Shown here piece after piece: positions 1 through 8,806 of a stretch of DNA of 64,000 bases. This DNA is from an uncultured delta proteobacterium (GTDB lineage: Bacteria; Myxococcota_A; Polyangia; Fen-1088), in assembly GCA_963767925.1 (NCBI GenBank), contig CAVYGB010000002.1, forward strand, positions 1,088,001-1,152,000, given 5' to 3'. Positions within the stretch are counted from its first letter, which is position 1; each line of letters opens with the position of its first letter. The notes under the pieces are model-generated. The model saw only the letters and a list, made by a program, of their open reading frames with translations, was not told the DNA's origin and searched no databases. A program made the translations under genes and the position numbers.

Positions 1-266
1 AGGTCGGCAAGGCCGCCGACTTCATCGTCATCGACGCCCCCGACGAGGATCACTGGCTCTACCACTTCCGGGCCAACGCGACCCTGCTGACCGTGACCGG
101 CGGGGTGGCCCGCTGGCGCGCCCCCCGCTTCCGGGAGACCGACGGCCCCCGCGGCGAGTCGGCGAGCGAGCGGCGTCAGCGGGCGCGCGAGCGGCGGCCC
201 CCGGACGCGCGCGGCGGCGGCCGGGGCGGCGCGGGGCGGAGCGCTTCCCGGCAGGCCGACGAGTAG
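1..266 (+). CDS. hutI: Imidazolonepropionase, 3' end (partial)
   Basis: Frame from nt 3 reads VGKAADFIVIDAPDEDHWLYHFRAN..., the amidohydrolase C-terminal GKxAD motif typical of HutI. Stop TAG at 264-266; a hutG-like gene lies downstream. Confidence 0.7.
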   Translation, partial: VGKAADFIVIDAPDEDHWLYHFRANATLLTVTGGVARWRAPRFRETDGPRGESASERRQRARERRPPDARGGGRGGAGRSASRQADE

Positions 267-975
267 CCCTCGAGGCGCAGGGCCAGGGGGGCCACCTCGA
301 TCCAGCGCGTGCCGTCGCCCTGGCCGAGGTCCCCCTCGCGCTTGATCCGCAACACCTCGATGCGGCCGTCGGCCGGCGCCAGCACCAGCGGGCGCAGCAT
401 CACGGTGAGCCGCGGGTCGTGGGTGTGGTAATCGGAGATCTCGCTGCCCGAGACCGCCCCGAGATCCTCGACGGTCATCGTCACCCGCACCAGCCCGGCC
501 GGCACGGCCGTGAAGCGAAAGTTCCCCTGCCCCGAGGTGAACACCGGGCTGCGGGCCGCGCCGCCCGCGCCGGTCAGCTCCACGCAGGCCCGCTCCACCG
601 GATTGCCGTCGCGATCACGCACGAACCCCGCGATCTCCGCCTGCCCGGGTGGCTTCACCCGCACCTCGAAGGCCACCGACGCCACCCGACCGGGAAACGG
701 CCGCTCCGCCGCCGGCGCGGGCACGGCTGGCGGGGCGGTCGCGGAGCCCGGCTTTGCCCCGGCGTCGCCAGCCAACACGGCGGGCGGCTGAGCCCCGTCT
801 GCGCCTGACTCCTTCGTTCCCGTTCCCGCCGGCGGCGGCGGGGCCGGCTCGACGGCGCCGCCCACCCAGGCCTCCGACTCCGGCGCCGCCGCGGAGCCCG
901 CCGGTCGGGCGGGCGCGCCCGCGCAGGCAGCGGCGAGCACCGCCAGCGCAGCGAACGCTTCGAACCGCAGAACGC
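176..975 (-). CDS. Putative lipoprotein with carboxypeptidase-regulatory-like domain (start uncertain)
   Basis: FAALAVLAAAC lipobox-like segment, Pro/Ala linker, then IAGFVRDRDGNPVERACVEL...TSGQGNFRF. No clear start codon between the signal peptide and the repeat at 980. Confidence 0.55.
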
Positions 976-979
976 GGGC

Positions 980-1155
980 AGACCCCTCACCCCTCCCTCT
1001 CCCCGCTGCCGCGGGGCGAGGGCGAACGATTGGCCGGATGCCGGGATCATCCTTCGAACCGACCGCTCGAGAGCGGAATCGCCCCGAGCGCTCGACTTCA
1101 CCCGGCCCGTTCGCCCTCGCCCCGCGCAGCGGGGAGAGGGAGGGGTGAGGGGTCT
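980..1155. repeat. Palindromic REP/BIME-like element (inverted pair)
   Basis: AGACCCCTCACCCCTCCCTCTCCCCGCTGCCGCGGGGCGAGGGCGAAC ... GTTCGCCCTCGCCCCGCGCAGCGGGGAGAGGGAGGGGTGAGGGGTCT; the same family recurs at 16913, 25601 and 38226. Confidence 0.9.
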
Positions 1156-1334
1156 CCGACTTGACCGGACCGTGCTCTTGCGGCGCCGCCCACCGCCGGG
1201 TGCTCTCCAGAACGGCGGATCGGCTCGCGCGCCTCATGGTCCCTCCACCGCCGGCCCGCGCCCGCGGGCCTTGGCTATTGACTCTCCGCCGCGGATCTTG
1301 CCCCATGATGCCGAGGTATCAAGCAGGAAACGGG

Positions 1335-2312
1335 ATGACGGTCTTCCGGCCGGCCGAGATCGCGCTGCCCAGCACCGCGCCCGACGACCCGCGCGTCGGC
1401 CATCTGCTCGGACGCAGCCTGGCCGGTCGCAGCTCCGCGCGCGCCGTGATCATCGGCTTCCCCACCGACGAGGGCGTGCGCCGCAACGGCGGTCGCCCGG
1501 GCGCCTCCGCGGCGCCGATGGAGATCCGCCGCCTGCTCTACCGGATGACCCCCGACGCCGCCAACCCGGCGCCGTTCATCGAGCTGCTGCGCCACACCCT
1601 CGACGTCGGCGACCTCGACACCTCCTCCGATCTCGAGGCCGACCAGCAGCGCCTGGGCGACGTGGTGGCCGACGTGCTCGCCGCCGGCGCCTTTCCCATC
1701 GTCCTCGGCGGCGGACACGAGACCGCCTACGGCCACTTCCTCGGGTACGTCAAGATCGGCCGCGCCCTCACGCTGCTGAACTGGGACGCCCACGCCGACG
1801 TGCGCGAGCCGTCCGGCGGGCTTGGCCACTCCGGCTCGCCCTTCCGGCAGGCGCTGATGCACCCCTCGCGCCTGGCCCGTCGCTACGTCGTCGCCGGGCT
1901 GCTGCCCCACTCGGTGGCCGCCGCCCACGTCGAGCTCGTGCGCAGCCGCAAGGGCGACGCCATCTTCCGTTCGGCGCTCACCGTCGCCCGCGTGCGGGCG
2001 CTCTACAAAGCCCTGCGCGCCCCGGCCCTGGCCAGCTTCGACATCGACGCCGTCGATCAGGCCTTCGCCCCCGGCGTGAGCGCCCCGGCCGCCGGCGGGC
2101 TGCCCCCCGACCTCTGGCTGGAGGCCGCCTTCGAGGCCGGCCGCACCCGCGCCGTGACCTCCTTCGACCTGGTCGAGCTCAACCCGACCTACGACCGGGA
2201 CCACCAGACCGCCCGCCTCGGGGCCCTGACCGTGTGGTCGCTCTTGCGGGGTCTCGCTGCGCGCGGGCCCGCTGCGCGTCGAAACCCTGCCGCAACAAAG
2301 CGGATACCTTAG
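1335..2312 (+). CDS. hutG: Formimidoylglutamase (arginase/ureohydrolase family)
   Basis: DEGVRRNGGRPGA, LGGGHE, NWDAHAD, HSGSPF, SFDIDAVD..APGVSAP, ELNP motifs; AGGA upstream of ATG 1335; near hutI. Confidence 0.9.
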   Translation: MTVFRPAEIALPSTAPDDPRVGHLLGRSLAGRSSARAVIIGFPTDEGVRRNGGRPGASAAPMEIRRLLYRMTPDAANPAPFIELLRHTLDVGDLDTSSDLEADQQRLGDVVADVLAAGAFPIVLGGGHETAYGHFLGYVKIGRALTLLNWDAHADVREPSGGLGHSGSPFRQALMHPSRLARRYVVAGLLPHSVAAAHVELVRSRKGDAIFRSALTVARVRALYKALRAPALASFDIDAVDQAFAPGVSAPAAGGLPPDLWLEAAFEAGRTRAVTSFDLVELNPTYDRDHQTARLGALTVWSLLRGLAARGPAARRNPAATKRIP

Positions 2313-2585
2313 CTGGATACAGCAAGATCCCGATTTCGGGAGTTCTCCTCTAGTTTCCGGGGCTTGCCGTCATTTGCGACGAAACCGGAGCTTGTAGTGA
2401 ATCGTGGGCTGGGGTACGAAAAGACACGACAACGCAGGTTGTAAACCCGAGCACCGCGTGAACAGTGCGCTGGAATACTAAAAAGGTGCACGTGGGGCGC
2501 GCGTTCAACCACTATCACTCACGTTGACGCCTTCATCGGGTCCCACCCGCAAGGCCCCAAGTCCCGCTCCAGGAGGCACTACACC

Positions 2586-3539
2586 ATGTCATTTTCGTCG
2601 CTGAGGATGGGGGCCCTGATGGCCGTGTTGGCAATCTCGGCCTGTGATACGACAGGCGCCGTCGAAGGACCGCGCCTCCCGCCCGGTGCTGCCCCGCCGA
2701 GCATCGCCGAGATGCCTCCGGTGAGCGCGCCCGTTCGCAACGATGCCCTGTACCGCCGGCTCGGCGGCGACGGCGGCATCCGCACCGTGATGAACGACTT
2801 CGTGAACCGGGTCGCCGCCGACCCGCGCATCAACGGCTACTTCCTCAACGCCCGCGTGAGCGCCACGCGCGTCGTCGAGTGCCTCGTGCTCCAGGTCGGC
2901 TTCCTGACCGGCGGTCCTTACGGCTACCCCTCGGCCGGCTGCCGGGACATGCGGACCGTCCACACTGGCATGAACATCTCGAAGGCCGACTTCGACGACA
3001 CCGCCGGTCACCTCATCGCCGCCCTCAACGCCGCCCGCGTCTCGACCAGCGACGTGAACACCATCGTCGGCGCCGTGGCCGCGACCGCCCCCGAGATCGT
3101 CGAGGATCCCGCGAACAACCGCAGCGTCTACCACCGCGTCGGCCGCAAGCCCGCCATCGAGGCGGTCGTGCTGGCCTTCATGCGCGACGTGTTCAACGAC
3201 CCGCGCATCAGCGGCTTCTTCGCGGGCGGCAACGCCGAACGCCTGCGCACCTGTCTCATCCGCCAGGTCTGCAGCATCGACGGCCCCTGCAAATACGGGG
3301 AAGAGGTCGACGGCGAGCCGGGGGTGGCGCGCGCCAACCCCTGCAAGGACATGATCTCGAGCCACCGGGGCATCGCCAGCCCACGCGCCATCACCAAGGC
3401 CGACTTCGACGCCCTGGTGCAGGTGCTGGTGGGCGTGCTCGATCGGGCCGGCGTCCCCGCGGCCGACAAGATGGCCCTGCTGGGCGCCCTCGGCCCCCTG
3501 TGCCGGGACATCGTCGCGGGCGGCACCGGCTGCCCCTGA
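2586..3539 (+). CDS. Lipoprotein with two tandem group I truncated-globin domains
   Basis: AGGAGG RBS; lipobox LAISAC; two repeats LYxRxG...DPRI..F...GP..Y...M...H...I(S/T)KADFD. Confidence 0.85.
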   Translation: MSFSSLRMGALMAVLAISACDTTGAVEGPRLPPGAAPPSIAEMPPVSAPVRNDALYRRLGGDGGIRTVMNDFVNRVAADPRINGYFLNARVSATRVVECLVLQVGFLTGGPYGYPSAGCRDMRTVHTGMNISKADFDDTAGHLIAALNAARVSTSDVNTIVGAVAATAPEIVEDPANNRSVYHRVGRKPAIEAVVLAFMRDVFNDPRISGFFAGGNAERLRTCLIRQVCSIDGPCKYGEEVDGEPGVARANPCKDMISSHRGIASPRAITKADFDALVQVLVGVLDRAGVPAADKMALLGALGPLCRDIVAGGTGCP

Positions 3540-3621
3540 CCCCCCCGCGTCTCCGAGGATCCGATCGCCGAGGGTCCCCTGCCGTGAAGTCGCCCCTGAT
3601 CCCTGCCGCGCCGGAGGCCCG

Positions 3622-4431
3622 TTGAGTCGGCTGTCCGGCGTGCGCCCCGTCCTGGTGCCCGTGCTGGTGGGCGGCCTCGTCGCCGTCCTCGTCGGGCTCG
3701 GCTGGGCGAGCTGGTCGTACCGGCGGATGGCCGACGCCGCCATCGACGCCCGCTTCGCCCCCTTGCTGGCCGATCCGCCGCCCGGCCCGCGCAGTCCCCG
3801 CTCCGACGCCTTCGGCGTGCAGGTCGGCCGCACGACAATGGCCGAGGCGCAGGCCCTCGCCCGCAAGCTCGGCGTGGACTGCCCCGACACGAGCGCGCGC
3901 GCCCTGATGGCCGGGGCCCGCGCCCACCGCGAGCGCGAAGCCGAAGAGCGCAAGCGCAAGGGCCTCCCCCCCGACGCCGTCAGCGGCGCCTCAAAGCGCA
4001 AGGGCCCCAGCCCGATGGAGCGCAACCCGCAGGTCCGCCTGAGCTGCGAGGGCCTGGCCACCTCCCTCCTCACCGACCGCACCCGCGCCGCCATCGCCGA
4101 AGGCCGCCTGCTGTTCGTGTTCGACCGCCCCGACCAGCCCCTGCGCCACGTCTCGTACCAGCGCACCCTCCCCGATCCCGACCTGGCCCGCCGCGAGCTC
4201 GACGCCGCCGTCGCCGACTACCGCAAGCTCTACGGCCCCCCCACCAAGACGCCGACCACCCCCTCCGGCCCCCTCCCCTGGCTCTCCCCCGTCGACTACG
4301 AGTGGAACTTCACCGACCTCACCGTCCGCCTCGCCGCCCTCAACTTCGGCGGCACCCGCGGCACCATGCTCACCGAGCTGGTAGAAGTCCCCCTCCCCCT
4401 CCGCCCCAACGCCCCCACCGACCCCCGCTGA
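3622..4431 (+). CDS. Hypothetical protein with N-terminal membrane anchor
   Basis: Hydrophobic VLVPVLVGGLVAVLVGLGW segment; GC3-biased codons. Confidence 0.65.
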   Translation: MSRLSGVRPVLVPVLVGGLVAVLVGLGWASWSYRRMADAAIDARFAPLLADPPPGPRSPRSDAFGVQVGRTTMAEAQALARKLGVDCPDTSARALMAGARAHREREAEERKRKGLPPDAVSGASKRKGPSPMERNPQVRLSCEGLATSLLTDRTRAAIAEGRLLFVFDRPDQPLRHVSYQRTLPDPDLARRELDAAVADYRKLYGPPTKTPTTPSGPLPWLSPVDYEWNFTDLTVRLAALNFGGTRGTMLTELVEVPLPLRPNAPTDPR

Positions 4432-4593
4432 CGCTGGGGTTGATTTGGAACGGCCCGAGCGCGGCAGTCCTGAGCCGCTCCTTTTGTCGCCTCCTAAGAG
4501 CAAGCCGCAGAAACCTGTGAAAATCTGCGGTGGCCTTGGACGTGAGATGCGGAGATCGAGACGCGTGGTCGTGTGCGAGCCCGTGTTCGTGTT

Positions 4594-6618
4594 GTCGGGT
4601 AGCCCGAGGCAGTTACCCACCCCGGGCCCCCACCGGAACCGGACAAGGAGATTTCCACCATCCGGCTCTTCCGCCGAGACGTCTCACGTCAGCTTTGCCC
4701 AGAGCTGAACTTTCAGCCGTGGGCGCGGCAGCGGGAATGCTCGAAGAAGGTCCCCGAAGCGCTGCCAGTTCAGGCGCGTGCGGTTGCTCCGGCGTCGCAG
4801 CCACCGGTACCAGATTCTCTCCGCGGCCCTCACGAGCCGGGAAATGCAGGCCAGGTTGCCGTTGACGCCGAAGTAGTTGATATGTCCGCTGATGCGCCTG
4901 CAGAGCGAGGCGTGCTGCTCCTTGACCGGCTCGTGTCGGTGGCGCCGACAGAAGTCGTTGATGGCTTGCTTGGCCCTCTGGAGCCTCGCCTTTCGGGTTT
5001 TGAAGTTCTGCCCCCAGTGTCCCTTCCGGGTCTTCTGCCACAAGAGCGTGAAACCCAGAAAGTCGAAGCTTCCCGGTCCCTTGCCTCCATCGTGCCGTGA
5101 TGACGGCCTTTTGAAGGGCACGAGCCGTGTCTTCTCTGGATGCAGTCGCAGGCCGTTCTCCGCCATCCGCTGTCGCAGCATCGCCATCACCATCTCGGCC
5201 TCTTCGGGTCGCTCGAAGCCGATGACCAGGTCGTCCGCGTACCTGACGAGGCAGGTTTTGCCTTGCAGCCGCGGCCTGACCTGTCGGTCGAGCCACACGT
5301 CCAGGACGTGGTGCAGGTAGATGTTGCCCAGCATTGGCGAAAGCACCGACCCTTGTGCCGTACCCACGTCCGGCTCGGTGTAATCCTCGCCGTCGAGCAC
5401 TCCCACGTGGAGGCACTTGCCCACGAGTCGCATGAACGACTCGTCGTTCACCCGCAGCCGGAGCATCTCCATCAGCTTTTTGCGGTCGATGCTGTCGAAG
5501 AAGGACTCTATGTCAGCCTCCAGCACCACGTTCACTTCGCCTCGCATGCACGCCGCGTTCAGGGTCCGCAGCGCATCGTGCGCGCTTCTTCCGGGTCGGA
5601 AGCCATACGAGCAGTCCAGAAAGTCCTGTTCGTAGATAGCTCCCAGCACCATCGTCAGCGCGTTTTGCACGACTTTGTCCTCAATGGTCGAGATGCCGAT
5701 CGGACGCGTTTTCCCCGGGGCTTTCGGGATGTGCACCCGCCGAATCGGTTGGTGGCGATATCGCACCTCCTTCATCCGCGTGTGCAGCCCCCGGATGTTG
5801 TCATCCAGGTGCGCTCCGTACTGCTCCTTGGTCACCCCATCGACGCCCACCGCCGCATCCTTGCGGATGCGGCCGAACGCCTCCTTCATCAGCTCCTCGT
5901 CCATCAGGTATGCCAGCGCGAGCAACCGGGCTTCGGGTTCCCGTTTCGCTCTCTCCGCTACCTTCATCAGTTTCGGTGACAGGTTCGTCGACGTCTTGGC
6001 GCCGCTCATGTTCCCCCTCTGAAGTTCGTCTCGACACGGGCCCCCTTTGCTCGGCCGGGTCCGGGTGCCTTCCGTTCCCCGACGTCTTCGCTCTTATTGG
6101 GCCCTCCGACGCCTCGCCTTCTTCAGCCGCCGCTCCGGTCGTCCCTCGCTGCGCGGCCCACCTCGGTCGGGCGCTTCTTCTGTACCGGCCGTCGGTGCAC
6201 CCTCGACCCACGGCGCGTCGGAGATTCTTGGGCAGGCTCCCCGTTTGGCCTGAGTTGCCCGAGGAAGGGCGAGGCTCTCCCAGGTTGCTGGGTCGTCCTC
6301 TTGATACGTGCCGCGGTCCGAGACCCCGCCGAGCGCGCAGTCACCTGGCCCTTTATCGGTGACGGCGCTGCTGCCTTCAGAGAACACGAGCTCCTGGGCG
6401 CTCGGGAACCAACAGTTTCGAGGCTGTACTCACGCGGCCCGCGTCCTTGCGTGCCTACGCATCATCCGGTGACATCGCTGCCCCCGAAGCAAGGCTCGCT
6501 ACCGGCCTGCCGGGCTCGGCTCTTGCCGGGCGGGTTTCACACCCGCTGGACGACGATTCGGAATTTCATGAATCACCGCATGATTCAGTCCTTTCCGACC
6601 AGCCTTGCCTGGTCGCAC
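4594..6618 (-). mobile_element. Group II intron, full length (bacterial class E/F-like)
   Basis: 5' end GTGCGAC at 6618; domain V GAGCCGGATGGTGGAAATCTCCTTGTCCGGTTC; domain VI with bulged A ending ..CTACCCGAC at 4594; RT ORF inside; EBS1 CGTGTT (6383-6388) matches the 5' exon end AACACG. Confidence 0.93.
4684..6009 (-). CDS. ltrA: Group II intron reverse transcriptase/maturase (no endonuclease domain)
   Basis: AVGVDG, RRVHIPK, RPIGI, SYGFRPGRSAHDA, ADIESFFD, GTAQGSVLSP, RYADD, FDFLGF, then domain X; 441 aa with no HNH. Confidence 0.95.
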   Translation of the reverse strand: MSGAKTSTNLSPKLMKVAERAKREPEARLLALAYLMDEELMKEAFGRIRKDAAVGVDGVTKEQYGAHLDDNIRGLHTRMKEVRYRHQPIRRVHIPKAPGKTRPIGISTIEDKVVQNALTMVLGAIYEQDFLDCSYGFRPGRSAHDALRTLNAACMRGEVNVVLEADIESFFDSIDRKKLMEMLRLRVNDESFMRLVGKCLHVGVLDGEDYTEPDVGTAQGSVLSPMLGNIYLHHVLDVWLDRQVRPRLQGKTCLVRYADDLVIGFERPEEAEMVMAMLRQRMAENGLRLHPEKTRLVPFKRPSSRHDGGKGPGSFDFLGFTLLWQKTRKGHWGQNFKTRKARLQRAKQAINDFCRRHRHEPVKEQHASLCRRISGHINYFGVNGNLACISRLVRAAERIWYRWLRRRSNRTRLNWQRFGDLLRAFPLPRPRLKVQLWAKLT

Positions 6619-6823
6619 CGTGTTCGTGTTCGTGTGAGACGAGCGGCTAGCGGTTGGCGGTTCTCGTGCCAGAAATTTCGCTAGCCGAGGCCCGCGAGCC
6701 GAGACACGCGTACCACCCACGAACTCGAACACGAACACGCGCTCGACCACGCGCTCGACCACGACCACGGCACGACCACGCGCTCGACCACGCGCTCGAC
6801 CACGACCACGGCACGACCACGAC
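6619..6823. repeat. Inverted hexamer microsatellite arrays (CGTGTT-type vs AACACG/ACCACG/CGCTCG-type)
   Basis: (CGTGTT)n at 6619-6636, central inverted pair CGGCTAGCG (6644-6652)/CGCTAGCCG (6679-6687), opposite-sense array 6718-6823 including a 41-bp tandem duplication (6736-6817). Confidence 0.85.
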
Positions 6824-6837
6824 AGCCGCGGCAGTGA

Positions 6838-7244
6838 TCAGGGCTGGTGGCGGTGCATGCCGGCGAGCCGGGTGAGCATCGCGCACAGGCGGTCGAGCAG
6901 AGACATCACCGCGTCGACCTCGGGATCGGGCGCAAGGCGAAGGATTGCGACGGCCTCCAGCGCGGCTGCAGCTTCGGACACTTCACCTCTGGCGGTGCGG
7001 AACCGTGAGATCCTATCGGCGCCCGTTCGGCTGGATGCCTCGGCGATGCCCAGGTATGCCGACAACAGCGGGGGGGGCGGGCGGCATGCCCCCGCCGTTA
7101 CAGCGCGCGCCGAAGCTGGTCCTGTAACGTCGCATACCCGCGTGGCATTCTCCGCGCAAGAGCGTCGCCCAAGCGTAGAGCATCGCGGGCCACGCAGAAA
7201 GCGTCGAGCCGATGATGGTCAAAGCTGCGGGGGCCCGGCGACAT
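6838..7244 (-). pseudogene. Four-helix-bundle protein (23S IVS-protein/Avd-like), disrupted by a 35-bp insertion
   Basis: MSPGPRSFDHHRLDAFCVA...LQDQLRRAL | LSAYLGIAEASSR..DRISRFRTARGEVSEAAAALE...LCAMLTRL; removing 7071-7105 restores one frame. Confidence 0.85.
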
Positions 7245-7501
7245 AACCAAGTTATCGGCGGGGTTGGCGCTTGGTTGCGCCCGACCAGACCAGCGGCCGG
7301 GACATGCAGGGCTGCCGCCGACGGTGCGCGAGTACCAATCCAAGCGAAAATTTTCCGAGCCCGTCAGGCCGTGATCTCTACTGTCCATGACGGCACAATT
7401 CGAAGACATCCCCGAAGAGGTTTGGGAACGCACGCGCGTTTGGATTCCCAAGCGAGCACGCAGTCCCAAAGGCGGCCGACCACCGATCGGACGGACAGAA
7501 C

Positions 7502-7540
7502 AAAAAAAAGGAAGGCGGCCACCCCGCTGGGTGACCGCCT
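7502..7540 (-). terminator. Rho-independent terminator of the SOD-like gene
   Basis: AGGCGGTCACC-loop-GGTGGCCGCCT followed by TCC-T8 on the minus strand. Confidence 0.85.
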
Positions 7541-7562
7541 GTTTGTCGAGCTGAGTGGATGA

Positions 7563-8324
7563 TTACTGGGCGACGCGGATGATGCCGCAGCCCTGGAAGG
7601 TGTCGGTGCTGGTGCCCTGGTGGATGATGAGCGGACGGCCGTTGAGGTTCGAGGCCCCCGGGCCGCCGATGGTCCAGCTCACGTTGGCGGGCATGTTCGG
7701 GCGGATGTAGGTCAGCGTTCCCTTGCCGTCCTCGCCGCACATGATGCGGGCGTTGCCGCCGATGTTCTCGCCACGGGGCCAGTGGTTCGTGAAGTTCTCG
7801 CAGGTGGTGCCGTTGTGGATGTGGGTCAGGTTGGGACCGGGGCGGCAGCCCTCGACGGTGTAGGTCATCTCGACGCCGTTGGCGACCTGCTTGAAGGTCA
7901 CGGTTCCACGGATCGTGGCGCCCTGGAGGCCACCGACCATCGCCAGGGCGCTGGGGCCGGCGGCGGCGTTGGCGCCGTCGGAGCCGCCGCCGTCGCGGCG
8001 GACGGCGCCGTCAGCGGGGCGGACGTCGGAGGGGCGGCCGGCGTCGGCGGGGCGGGCGCTGTCGGGGCGGCGGCCGTCGGCGGGGCGGGCGGCGTCGGGG
8101 GCGCGGCCGGCCGAGCCGCCTGCGCCACCGGAGCCGGCGCTGCCGCCGGTGCCTGCGGAGCCGCCGGTGCCGGCGCTACCGCCGGTGCCTGCGGAGCCGC
8201 CGGTGCCGGCGCTGCCGCCGCGGCCACCGGTGCCGCCGCCGTTGTCCATCTCGGCGGGGCAGCCTGCGCTGAGCAGGGTGATGAGTCCTAATGAAACTAA
8301 GGCGCCTCGGGCTACGTGCTTCAT
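7563..8324 (-). CDS. Cu/Zn superoxide dismutase-family lipoprotein with Gly-rich linker
   Basis: Lipobox LLSAGC; GTVTFKQ, THIHNGTTC, NHW, LIIHQG, CGII; (GGSAGT)n linker; AGGAG RBS. Confidence 0.8.
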   Translation of the reverse strand: MKHVARGALVSLGLITLLSAGCPAEMDNGGGTGGRGGSAGTGGSAGTGGSAGTGGSAGTGGSAGSGGAGGSAGRAPDAARPADGRRPDSARPADAGRPSDVRPADGAVRRDGGGSDGANAAAGPSALAMVGGLQGATIRGTVTFKQVANGVEMTYTVEGCRPGPNLTHIHNGTTCENFTNHWPRGENIGGNARIMCGEDGKGTLTYIRPNMPANVSWTIGGPGASNLNGRPLIIHQGTSTDTFQGCGIIRVAQ

Positions 8325-8806
8325 TCGATTGCTCCTGACTTCTTTCGCTATCAGCAGGGCCGCGGGCCCCGGCTGGTGGTTGAGTAGGTGGTGTGCCTAG
8401 TTGTGGCCTGACCACGGTTCCGCACATCGCAACCGCTGCACGCAATGTGACGAAGGCGCGCAGTTTCGGCACTGCGGCATGTATGAAGTCTCCTACATTG
8501 CCGTTTTTTGGCCACCTCTGTCAACCCAAAGGGACGAGCAACATCAAGGCGCAGCAAAGCGTCGCGGCCCGCTCCCGCTCGGGTGTGCTCCCCTCATCTA
8601 GAGTCGGGCGCCCGGCCGAGCCTTCCCGGCGGACCTGAGAAGCGACGCCCGCGGCCACGTGACCGCGCTGGTGGCCGACCCGGGCTTCCCGCCTTCCGAG
8701 GCGGTGACCGACGCCGACTGCGTGCCGGTCCGCTACGCCTGCGGCCGGAGACCGGCGAAACGAGGGTGCGACGACGACGGAAGAGCCCCGCAGACGTTCG
8801 CGCGCG

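Noticed and set aside
6718..6823. Short ORFs with HDHALDH/VVERVV repeats
   Set aside because: These are translations of the hexamer array in various frames, with no RBS or independent coding evidence.
7990..8240. Tandem 18-bp repeats as a separate element
   Set aside because: They are the coding low-complexity linker (GGSAGT, RPAD) of the SOD-like lipoprotein.
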